A stretch of 64,000 bases of DNA, taken from Camelus ferus. Taxonomy: Eukaryota. The translations under genes and the position numbers were made by a program. The stretch lies in NCBI RefSeq assembly GCF_009834535.1, contig NC_045697.1:63552001-63616000 (forward strand), given 5' to 3'. Of this stretch, positions 12,861-24,025 are shown piece after piece. A model generated the notes under the pieces. That model saw only the letters and a program-made list of their open reading frames with translations, was not told where the DNA came from and searched no databases. The first letter of the stretch is position 1. Every line of letters starts with the position of its first letter.

Positions 12861-14569
12861 CATAGAAAGAAGTTGCATATATTTTTACTAATAAAAGGAA
12901 TGAAAAGGTCAGGTGTGATATTATCTTTCATAATTTTGATTTGCTATGTCATAGTTTTTTATTAATTTTAATTCAAGTCCACTTCAGTTACATACAGCTA
13001 ATAGGTATATATGTCTAGCATTAATTCTTAATGAGCAAATATTAACTTGAAATAACATGTTCACTAATCTAGCCAGTATTTTTTAAAATATAAATTCAAT
13101 ACTGGGATCATAGCTAAAAAACTAGTGCATATATTGCTTTATAGTGTTATTTTTACTGGTTACAATCCTTTGAACACAATTGAGCAGTATGTAGCATAAT
13201 CCACAAAGATGCCCATATTATTTAATTCTATTTCCACAGTTTATCCTAAAAAATAATTCAAAATAAAAAATAGAAATATGCACAAAAATGTTCTGTGTGG
13301 TTCTAAAATTAGTCTAAATAGCCTCAAGATTTAACAAATAATGAAATGTAAGCAAAATGCAATAATATATGCCCTTTACAAACTGACACATAAGGGATGA
13401 AGGATGAAATTAAAAGAAGTTCTGTTAGACCTTGAATCTTAGGTTTTTCTTTTTGCTAAGAAAATTGTTCATCAGCTGGATTTCAGTACCTTTTTCATGG
13501 GACTATTTGTACAACTTGATTTAAACTGTAAATACATATCAAAATTATAAACTTACTCTAATATTTTTAATAAACTTATAGAAGGTATGGATGACTTACT
13601 GTAATTGTGGGACAATGATTTTATCTAACAATTTAAGCATTAATAATAAAAGTTGAAGATGGAATGAGGAGAGGCAAAGGACAGAAAAGCTTACTAATGC
13701 TTTCATGATATCTTTCATGATACAGAACTACTAGGTACTATCTAAATTTGACATGCCAAGAGATAGAGGCTTAAATATATACTTAAATATTAGTGATTAT
13801 TAGAAGAATTGATTAAAAACAATTTAATTATATAACCAATGAAAATTGAAAGGTGAAGGAGAAAATGTAGGATAATAAAAGTATGTTAATTTTTTACCTG
13901 AACAAAAATTGAGAAATTATCAATGATATCTAAATGTGATGAATCAAGAAATAGAGGAAATTATATTTTAAATTATTGTAACTGCAAGAATGAATAAAAA
14001 CAGTTAAGACTGTTTAAGTCTGTAAGTGGGACCAGGGTGAAGGGAGAATATATTCACCTTTAATTTTATGCACTTCTATATGCTTTGTGTGGGGATATTT
14101 GAAAACATTACATCTACAATATACTGTCTAGTTTTAAAAATAGTTGCTATTAACATATGACATTGAAACATATAATAAAGATGTGTACAAAATATATAGG
14201 CACTATGATTGATAATAGATAAAATAGATTTGCATAGTAGCCAACGTGTAAGTAATACAAAGATGAACACAGAATATGTTTATGTATCTTTTATTAAAAT
14301 TTAATTTTATTTTTTAGTTCCTAATATTTTATTTAAATGAAAACTTTAAATATACATTTAAAACAGTAAATAAAACTGGACCTAAGACTGTTACTTAAGA
14401 TCTTACCACTATTTATTGAGTTTTTGGAAATACTTAATTTCTTTGGGATTAGTTTTCTCTTTTCTTGACTTTTGGTTTTGGCCTTTTCTTTTGATTGTAA
14501 ATGTCAGAAAAATAATATGGTCTGCCTTAAACTAAAATGGGAATTCATCAAAGGACTACTGTATTTTCT

Positions 14570-15260
14570 TCCAAATTCTCTTCTCATAACTTCCCTATCT
14601 CCATTTTCTTTATATAGCAGCCAGAGTGATGTTGGCTAAATAGAATTGAATCATACTTAAAACATTTCAGTTGTCTCCCACTGAACTTAACATAAAAGGC
14701 AATGCTTAACAGAGCCTATAATCATCTGATGATGTTAATCATGCCTCTTACTCATTAAGTTCTAGCTACGCTGTAATTTTTCTGTTTTTCAAAAAAGAAG
14801 TGTGTACTTCTCCCCCACCCACAAACACTCCTTAAGCTTTTTCCATCTCTTTCTGAAACAGTCCCCTGCTTACAGCCTGAATGTGTCCTTGTCTTGAAGG
14901 TTTAACCTGAAGCACCATTTTCTCAGGAAGGCCCACTATATCTTCACATACAAATAAAGAACATCATTCATGTAATTCTCTCTCCTTACAGCTCAGGGCG
15001 TCCCTTTTTGTCACTTACCAAATTTGTAACATCATATCTATTGGTATGTTTCCTTATTGAAGCTTGTCTTCCCTATGAACTATAAGCAATGAAAAAGCCA
15101 GGACAACATTGTTTTACTACTCTTCCAGTAACGAGTACATTGTGTTCGGTGCTCTATATACACCACTCTCTCAAGAGTCTGCACTGCTTCCACCAGCTGC
15201 ACAGCTAGCAGAGTGGTGTCTTACTCAGGAGCTGGGCTCTAAAATGGTTGAGTGAACAAT
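14570..15260 (+). mobile_element. L2 LINE 3' portion
   Basis: gcagccagagtgat...ttctcaggaaggcc...gtcttccctatgaactataagc...aaatggttgagtgaa. Confidence 0.6.
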
Positions 15261-15479
15261 TAGCCAAAAATTTTATAGAAATAGTTTAATTTGTAAATTA
15301 AAATACACAAAATAATATAATAGGTATTAAAATTAAATATTGCTGTATTTCTAATCACAGAGGAAGAATGAACTCATAGTTTAATTTACATAGTTAAATA
15401 TGCTATAATTACTGATGGATGAATTAATAAATTATAGATACTCATTAAATATTTGTTGGAATCAATTAAGCCCAGCTGT

Positions 15480-15900
15480 ACATGGATAAATAGACATTCA
15501 AAGCAACTAAGTATTCACACATAATCTCTTTAGATTCTGTTTCAGTAGATTTTGCTGTTCAGATAAACATGTATGGGATTATTTTATTTTCACTTGTGCT
15601 TATGAGTATGCTGAAGGAAATTTGAAGGATAATGTATTTTATGGCTTTCAAAATTTCTTGAGTTTGCCAGTAAAGTTTGATCAGTGTATACGGTGTGTCA
15701 GATGAAGTTTGATTCATGACATCCATTGTTTTCCAGCTGATTGTCAACCTGTAATGCTGTGCTGTCTCAGCAAGTCTTCAGTGATCTTCTTTTGGTCTCC
15801 CTTATGCTTATCTTTCTGGAATGCTGTCGTCAGCATATTGATGTTAATGAATGACTGCCTTTTGTGTCACTTCTCAGTTTTTTCTAAGGATTTTGATACA
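15480..15900 (-). mobile_element. Ancient RTE-clade LINE relic (MamRTE1-like), reverse transcriptase region
   Basis: The minus strand reads AVIH*HQYADD (QYADD at 15840-15826). After frameshifts it reads QHYRLTISWKTMDVMNQTSSDTPYT, which follows the RTE-clade RT pattern ELQYADD...YGLTISxKKTEVMxQ...PYT. Confidence 0.7.
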
Positions 15901-16284
15901 CATTAAAATTAAATCAATACCATGAAACAAAATTGTCACAATCCCCTCTTTGAAGAAAAGTGAGTCTTTTCTTCAAAACAGGAATCTGATTTTTAAACCA
16001 TAATGATAAAGTGGGCAGGGTGTTATATCTGACCTTCCTAAATAAAAATAACAAGCAAGAAAAAAACTAGAGGAATTTTTCCCATGCTTTCAAAGATGTC
16101 AATCTCAATATTGCAGGCAGGCAGGTTTCTGTTTTTGAGACAGATTTGTTTGTTTTTTAATAGGAACCATTTTCAAGGTTGAATTAAGATTCTCTGGTTG
16201 TTGTATTGGTCAGCACAATTAAAACTCTCCCAGAACTCAGTTAACTATACCAAACTCCATTTTTCCAGATTGATTCTGTGTCTC

Positions 16285-16326
16285 TGTGTGTGTGTGTGTG
16301 CGTGTGTGCGTGTGTGCGCATGTATG
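16285..16326. repeat. (TG)n/(CG) alternating purine-pyrimidine microsatellite
   Basis: 42 bp of strict pyrimidine/purine alternation: tgtgtg...cgtgtgtgcgtgtgtgcgcatgtatg. Confidence 0.9.
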
Positions 16327-17687
16327 AGAGAGACTTCAAAGGTACCATAAACAACATCCTTTTGCCCTCCTAAATTCAGAAATAATTGCAAAATAGAAGA
16401 TTTAGAGAGATTAAATGAGACTATAATACCACCCAAACCTGACTTGGAATACAGCCGTGTAGCCATCCAATACATTCTTACCTGAGCTGAGGTGCCCCAT
16501 CAGAGTTGCTGACAAAAAGGGAGACTTGCAGGCTTCTTCCACAGGGCAAGAGTCTGTAAAGCCTGTGTCTGGACAAGCTGAGAGTTCATCCTGTGGACAG
16601 GCCATGTTTGTTTATCCTAAGGTGACCTACCAGTTAATGGATGAAGAGGAGTGAGTGAGAAGTAGAGAAAGTAACCAGAAGAATGCTTCTAGCAGAAGTC
16701 CCCTCATGTAAATGTGGACCAGGAGAATGGAGAGTCTCCTAGTTTAGAAAGTGGATGTTACAGACCAGGATGTTGTTAATGAGGGAATGTTTGGGACTTG
16801 AAGTATCAAAAAAAAAAAAAAAATTGTCCTGGGCCCTATTTCCTATGGAAGACACTCCAATATTCATTATTTTTCTTTCCCTAATTCCCATCATTGTTGG
16901 AATCATCAAATTAATTTCTCACTTAAAATACAAAATTCAGGCAAAAGTAAGGATCAAGTACATAAGCTTTTGCTGAAAAAAAAAATCCTAACCTATTCAT
17001 GAAAATATTTTTTACCTGATGTTACAGCATCAAATCCTCAGACACGTGTTTGATGTGTGCCTGTTCTTTAATGTCCTCACTTTTGTCTTTCTGCTTCCTT
17101 TCTTCTATTTTTTTGTTTGTTTGTTTCTCTTAAGGCATTTATACAGCCTAGAATTGCTAGAATAACCTCTAGTTCATATATCATTTCCAATCTGTCTCTA
17201 CTTAAATTTATGGACCATACAAATGCTAGAAATTTTACTGGACTTGTCATGTCCCTAATACTAAATTCCCTATAGCAGGCGCTTCTGCAGTATGTCAGTT
17301 TCAGCAGCCGGTCTCTGCTGAATCCTCTCAAACCTCATGCACCGTCTCTCATTCACCTACTTGTTCATTTATTTTAAAAAGTATCAGACACGTAGAATGT
17401 GCCACAAACTACATTAGACAGTTTGGAATCAGTAAGGTTCTAAATAGACATGATCCATGCTGTAGGGAACTTACATGCTAGTGCAGAAAATAGACCAAAT
17501 ATAGGCAAACAGCCAAATAAAAGAAGTACTTGTCAATTGAAATGAGTGACATTTGGTAAAAAGAGATTAAAAATTAAAAGATAATTACCTGGAGATAGGA
17601 ATTTAAAGAGTGTATCTGTAAGGCAGTAACACCTAATATGAAGAACATTCCAGATGGAGGGAATAGCATGTTAAAAATTCAACTGTG

Positions 17688-17808
17688 GAGGGAGAGGTTA
17701 TAGCTCCATGGTAGAGTGCATGGTCATGTGCATGAGGTCCTGAGTTCAATCCCTAGTACCTCCATTTAAAATTAAATAATTAGTTAATTCATTAATTACT
17801 TCCTCTCA
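17688..17808 (+). mobile_element. tRNA-derived SINE, Vic-1-like (camelid)
   Basis: Has an A-box-like tagctccatggtagag, a B-box gagttcaatcc and an AT-rich tail. The TSD core aattcaactgtg is exact at 17676-17687 and 17812-17823, with a tt/aaaa L1-endonuclease site on the left. Confidence 0.9.
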
Positions 17809-17971
17809 AAGAATTCAACTGTGAAAAATCTTTGTTCACTCAAGCAACTGGAAGATGAGTATCTTTTCAAGGGGAAGACTGGTATGAGATGAAGTTAGCA
17901 TAATAAATAAGGGCCAGGAGAGGCAGGGGGGCTGTACATCATGGTAAAGGTTCACTTTCTATCATATAGAC

Positions 17972-18234
17972 CAGAACGGCTTGATAGAAATACAAAACAT
18001 GCAATGAGTAATAATCATTTATGTAATTTAATATTTCAAGTATGTTTTATTTAACTCATATCCAAAACAGTATTCAAGATGTAATAAATATAAAATATTC
18101 ATAAAATATTTTATTAATGAGGTCTTTTTGGTACTTTAAAATCCAGTGGGTATTTTACACTTAATACATCTCAGTTTGGACTAGCCACATTTCAAGTACT
18201 CATTTGTTACATGTGGCTGGTGGCCACCAGGTTA
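17972..18234 (-). mobile_element. hAT-Charlie non-autonomous DNA transposon, MER33-like
   Basis: gtattttacacttaatacatctcagtttggactagccacatttcaagtactc...acatgtggctggtggccacc. Confidence 0.75.
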
Positions 18235-18368
18235 GAATGGGATATTATTAAAAGGTTCTAAGCATAAGAGTGAGATGATTCAAATTACATTTTGAGGTTA
18301 CTATGCTGTTATTTACAGATAAGGAGTGGAGAAAATATGGGTGAAGACAGGAATACCAGTTAGAAGGC

Positions 18369-18846
18369 TGTATTAGTTTCCTTTGGCTGCTATGAAAAAG
18401 TACCATAAATTGCTTGACTTTACAAAAAAACTCAAAAAACAAACAAACAAAAAGCAGGGGTTTTTTTCTTTCATTTCTGGAGACAAATGTCTGAAATCAA
18501 GATGCTCACTAGACCACATTTCCTCTGAAGGCTCTAGGGAAGGATGTTTCATTGCCTCTTCTAGCTTCTGTGGTTGCTGGCAATTTTTGTGGTTGCCTGG
18601 CCTTCAGATACACCATTCTTCTCTCTGCCTCTGTCTTTATATGGCTTTCTCTCCTGTGTCCAAATGTTCCTTTTATAAGGGCACCAGTCACGTTGTATTT
18701 ACAACCCGTCTTAATCTAGTAGAACCTTATTTTAACTTGATTACATTTGCAAAGATCTTATTCCCAAATAACGTCACGTTGACAAGTTCCAGGCAGACAT
18801 GAATTATTTGGGGGTGGGGGGATGTGTCACTATTCAACCTATTACA
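18369..18846 (-). mobile_element. MaLR solo LTR, MLT1B/C-like
   Basis: TG...CA termini: tgtattagtttcctttggctgct...tctgaaggctctagggaagg...gattacatttgcaaagatcttattcccaaataac...attcaacctattaca. Confidence 0.85.
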
Positions 18847-19439
18847 GAGACTATAGAAGTAATAGATGGTGATAGCTTGTGCACACCTGGTGCGTGTCTG
18901 TGCTCCATTCCCTTGCTTGTATCTAGGTCATGGATCAGGGTAGTGGCAGTAGATAGAAAAGAAGGACTGTGACATCTTAATTAACAGATGTGTTGAATGT
19001 AGAGGGGCCAAGCCCAAACAATTGGGGTGATACTTCTCAGTCACAACTTCTCATTCCTTTCTGATCAGTTACTAAATGCCCCTAGCTTCTTAAGGATCTA
19101 GCTCAAAGACATCTTTCAGACTCCTCTTTGAGGTCTTTTAATATTAGCTCCATCTTACTGAGAAGAGTATTAAATTAAAAGAAATAGATCAGTCTGTTGA
19201 AAGCGCCAAAGAAATCAAATACGTATTTGTTTAGTCCACCATTACCAAAACTATGCTGGTATTTATTTATAGTAAAATGTGCCCTTCAAAAAAAATCTAA
19301 AAACTGTTAAGAGTATTGTTAGAATTGAAACAGAAAGCATCATTCAGTTCTGGTTGGGAGAAAGAGTCCATATACTTTACATCTAGAACATTGTGTACCA
19401 TTTTGTGGATATAATATCTCCACTAATTTCAGTCTCCAA

Positions 19440-19880
19440 AGATATAAAAAGTCCCAGTTTACTTTTTTGATCCATCTATGTTTTAAGTGACCTAAACGTT
19501 TCTTAAACCTAGGTGTATGTTCAGTTTGTACAATCTCTTATGGTTAATGAGCTCCATAATTTTAAAATATGCTGTGTAATGGTCTGTCCTTATTTCTTAA
19601 AAAAAAAAAAAAATTGCCTCCAATGCAGTCTGAAGTGATGGCTTGTGGAGGATGTCAAGCAAGTCCCAATGAGTTTAGGTATCATAAGATAGGATGAAAG
19701 TAAATACGCGATCCAGATGTTTTATTGATTTTTTTTGACAGTTCGTCTTTGTTTGTCTTTATATTTTTGACCCATTTCTCAAATGTTTAAACATAAAATA
19801 AACCCCTTATCCCTTTGACTTGTCTACAACTTTTTCAAACTTTTCCTGAGATGTGGTGACCAAAAACCAGAAAGGACTAG
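19440..19880 (-). mobile_element. CR1/L3-type ancient LINE relic
   Basis: ttcagtttgtacaatctcttatggttaatgagctccataatttt...gctgtgtaa and ttcctgagatgtggtgaccaaaaac resemble the antisense CR1/L3 ORF2 3' region. Confidence 0.5.
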
Positions 19881-19888
19881 TATTAAGT

Positions 19889-20458
19889 CAGCTGCTGTCA
19901 TTTGTGAGATTAGGGCCAAGAACATAAAAGGGGACTCACAGAATATAGGTCTAAAGATTTAAGTTATAAATCAAGCTTAAAAACTACTCAGTAAAATATG
20001 TTCTAGCCTCCTGTCTTGATAAATATACTTTTCTAATGACTTGGAAATCAGTGTTCAAATTACAGATTTTTTTTGGACTCCATAGAGTTGTGTGCCAGAA
20101 CCTGACCATGGGAGAGAGCTAGCCCTGGCTCCGGCCTTAACATGGCCCTTGAACACCCTGTGTTCTACCCCTTAGAGCCTGGTGAGCATGTGTGTGATCA
20201 ACCCAGCTGTCCCATGTCCATTCCTTGGACAACTCTTAGAGGGATGACCTGAGTCATGTCCTAAACCAGGCTGTGAGTTCCAGGGTTCTGCAGTATGGTT
20301 GGAAGGGGAACAGGGCTTTACGGGGGCACTTCCCTAATCTCTAATCCCTGCAGAATCCTCTTCCCGTGGGCAGAGTTAGGGTGGGAGGAAGGCCAGCACA
20401 GGTCCTCTAATACAAACAGCTCTCATCTAAGTTGAAGGAAAAAACTGACCAGTGCAGC
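19889..20458. mobile_element. hAT (Tip100/Zaphod group, MER115-like) DNA transposon
   Basis: An 8-bp direct repeat tattaagt lies at 19881-19888 and 20459-20466. The ends are inverted (cagctgc / gcagc). Internal sequence includes aagttataaatcaagc...aaaatatgttctagcctcctgtcttgataaatatac. Confidence 0.7.
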
Positions 20459-22336
20459 TATTAAGTGTACAGCCAATACTAACATTTTTTATTTAATTTT
20501 AATCTCTGTTGTTAAAAGTGGGTGGTGAGTGTATAGGGATCCTTTCTCTTACTCTGCCTATGTTTTGTTGTATGTTAGCAATTTTCCATAACAAAAACTG
20601 AGAAAGCTTTAATACATTTTAATATCTGTTGGCAGTTCCAGGAAATTTGACTATCTATGTGGGAGGTTTGATTTGCTTTGTCACTGTTGTGCTTGTTTAT
20701 AATTCCACTAATGTCTTTAGTGATATGCCCTCATTAATGGTGGGTGAAAATAATCAATGTGCTCTATAATACTGCCTTTCATTCCCAAGCTTATCCTTGG
20801 ACTTGGCATCATTCAGAAATTCTAAGGATTTTCCTTTATTTTTATTTTTTCTATTTAAATAATCTTACTGACATTGAAATTGATTAGAAGGTGATGTTCA
20901 AATTCTTTTTAACCCTTCCAATTTCTAGTTTTATCTTGACTCAAAATATTAAACTGATTGTACTTCAATAAAAAAAGAAAAACTGTCAATTTTCTTGTGT
21001 TGGCTTACATTGCTCCTCAACTTTAAAAGTTAACTTTTCTCCTCTTTTAGAGTGTCAATCTTTCAATACTATTTTTCTTTCCATAAACTTAATCTTTATA
21101 TCCATGACTTAAATCTAAATTTAGGATTATATTACTTTAAGAAATCTTTGTGTTTTCCATATTTTTAAGACACTGCTTTTTCTAATTCAAATCTACTCTT
21201 TGCAAAACTTTTTAGATTTTGGGTAATAACAGTCTCAGGTATGTGTTCGTATAGTGGAATTGTAATCACTATTACAAATATTTCCTGTATTAATTTCCTA
21301 TAATAATATAAATAGGAGTTATTTATTGGGATTATTTGATGTTTCCTTTTCAGCTTGTTTACTGCACTGTATTTTACATGCATAATTTTAACAGTTCTAG
21401 AATGATAATAGATATTCATGTCTAAGATAAAAATTATGTAGATTAATAAAATGGCAGAGTTGAAAATATTGTTAATAAGGTATCTAATAATAAAGATATA
21501 TTGTAAAATAAGAATAAATAACTGCCAATATCCTTTATCTCCTTAGTCACCTGAAGCTTTATTTTAAAAACCAATTCTACTGGCTTTGTCATCATTTTTT
21601 TTTTAACCACATTTCCTCCTCCTCAATCCTTAATTATGTGTGCTTGTATGTGCACATGTGAAAGTGCAAAAATATATCAATTGTACCTATTATATTTTTA
21701 TGATCAGGCATTTAATAGATACATATTTTTGATTAATTAAATTTAAATTAAATTTTTTTAAAGAAATTAGAAACTAGCCTTTTATTTGGACAGCATATAT
21801 TGTAGAGAGAGATTCTATGACTATCCAATGCATAAAACACACACACAAACATGCACATATCAGAAGTGATTCTGACAGCTTAAGCAGGATATTTGTTTAG
21901 ATTACTCTACTTGAACTGCTATCATTGCTGAAAGTTTTCATGCCTTTTCAACTTTACTTTTTATTTCAGTTTGTTCTTTTTACATCTTTCAATTTTGTCA
22001 TTTTATTCTTGACTCATGCTCCAAAGTTCATTGTTGATTATATTTAGAGTAATGGATATTATGTAGAATTGTAGCTTTTACAGGAAATAAACCAGTAAAT
22101 CCTAAGCATTCTTAAATTGTTTTCACAGTAAAGCAGAAGGACTTAGTAGAGTCGGCAAAAGAATATAGGCAGGATGAACATCAAGAAGAGTTTTGTTATT
22201 ATACTAGCTGTACAGCAACTGTGCTTTTGGTATGTTTCCTTGCCTTTGTGAAATGCTAGCAGCAATACCACATGTAAGCTTTTTCAGAGTCAGAATATCT
22301 TCATAGAAAGAACGCCAGGGTTTGAAGATGGATAAG

Positions 22337-22525
22337 TTTTTTTTTTTATTATTGGAGTATAGTCAGTTTACAATGTTGTGTCAATTTCTACTATGTAGTA
22401 TAGTAGTTCAGTTATACATATACGTGCATATATTCATTTTCATACTTTTTCATTATAGGTAACTAGAAGATACTGAATATAGTTCCCTGTACTATACAGT
22501 GTAAACTTGTGTATCTATTTTACAA
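22337..22525 (-). mobile_element. L1 3' end (short, 5'-truncated)
   Basis: Poly-T followed by attggagtatagtcagtttacaatgttgtgtcaatttct...ttccctgtactatacag. Confidence 0.85.
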
Positions 22526-22544
22526 CTGTTTGGTTTTTTAACTT

Positions 22545-22735
22545 ACTTGTTTCACTTAATAGTTTGTGTGACCTTTAGCAAATGATTTCAACTTACTAAG
22601 TATGAGTTTCCTACTCTTTTGAAAAGCGACGGTAACATTGTATGTCCTTGAGAAGATTCATATATATTACTTGATATAGTACCTGGCATATAACCACATT
22701 CTTTAACAGCATTTATTATTGTTAGTAATCATTGT
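22545..22735 (+). mobile_element. MIR SINE
   Basis: cacttaatagtttgtgtgacctttagcaaatgattt...agtttcct...tagtacctggcatata. Confidence 0.65.
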
Positions 22736-23514
22736 AATAGTAAAAATTACAGTAGAAGGAATGTGAATCTTAGAACTACTCTTAGTAAGTTTGTAAATTA
22801 TGTATGTTTTCTTTAGTTGATATGCATTTACTTATGTTAGCTACCTTTTCTGATACAGATGTTATATTATTCCTCATATCAAATGAAAGTATTTGGAAAT
22901 TTGGAGAGAAAGCCATTACATATTTTTATTCATATAGCAATATTGTGTAAAATTCAAAACCTTCACATATTCAAGAGTCAGATTAGTCAGCAGTGTAAAA
23001 TGACAGCAAATATAAAGAAATTTCTCTTCGTTCCATTTTGGTTACATTTTCCACAGAATATGATAGTCATTTTGCTTTTTGTTAATTCTAAGCACCCATA
23101 TGTTTTATTAATCTTAAGTAAGAAAAACAAGAGTGTATTAATATTGTCATTGCTTGGAAAGGAAAACTTAAAGACAGATATTTTGTCTGAGGTATAGATT
23201 TATTTATAAAATTTATCTGCCGAAAGTTGAGCTATTTCAGTACTCCTCTATCCCTCAGAGAGGTTAAAAGAAGGCATTGCAGTGTTTGCTAACACAAGAA
23301 AATACTGAAAGAGCCAGGTTGAATGGCATGTATGTGTAAATTAATCAATGGTCAAGAAAAAAAAGATCATTGTATTTCAGTTGTTTCTCTTCTCCATGTT
23401 GCTTCCTTCTAATTCTGTTTTTTATATAAGGTGAAAGGAAATATTTAACTAGTTCTATTATAATTTAGTTAAAACATTCTTATGGCCTTTAATTGTAAAA
23501 AAAAAAAAATTTCA

Positions 23515-24025
23515 AAATTAAGATAACACTAAAATCCTTTGACATAAAATTCTGTCCTTTCTGGCATAGACTTGATTTACCACTCTCAACTGATTTCTCA
23601 CTAATGTCCCTGTTACTGGCTCTCCTTAGGCAAGTCTGAACTAGTAGCTGCCTATACATATCTTTGTCAGGGTCTCTCTGACTTCTAGGTGTTTCTAAAT
23701 ATCATTGCCTGAGAAAGGACCCATATCTCTTCCGCTCCAAGTTGGCTAACAATAATTCTTCCTGGTCTTAGCTGGGATGTCAGTAGCTTCTGCATTTCAA
23801 TTGTTTAACTCTGTTTCCTCTCTAACACACGCACACATAAGACATCTGCAGTTTCTCTGTAGTATCTTTACCTTATATATTGACTATTAACTGTCTTTGA
23901 TTTTTCGGTCTTTGACGCTGGAAGTCTCTTTATAGAAGGAGCTATATGTTTTCTTTTTCTTCATATCTCCTGAACCTTGAAAAATACCCCAAATATGCAT
24001 TTAAAAAAATATAGATGAATTTATG
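23515..24025 (+). mobile_element. L2 LINE 3' portion (degraded)
   Basis: aagataacactaaaatcctt...ggaagtctctttatagaaggagctatatgtttt...catatctcctgaacctt. Confidence 0.45.

Larger units (their letters stand above)
17350..18960 (-). mobile_element. L2 LINE interrupted by a SINE, a MER33-like hAT and an MLT1 LTR
   Basis: The L2 3' end starts at ~17350 (ttcacctacttgttcattt). L2 motifs resume after each insert: cattccagatggagggaatagcatg; aatgggatattattaaaaggttctaagc; ccagttagaaggc|tatagaagtaat. Confidence 0.65.

Noticed and set aside
17688..17765. tRNA gene
   Set aside because: It has A/B boxes but also an AT-rich tail, a TSD and no convincing cloverleaf, so it is a tRNA-derived SINE.
18383..18802. 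139-aa ORF
   Set aside because: It lies entirely within an MLT1 LTR and is a chance open frame.
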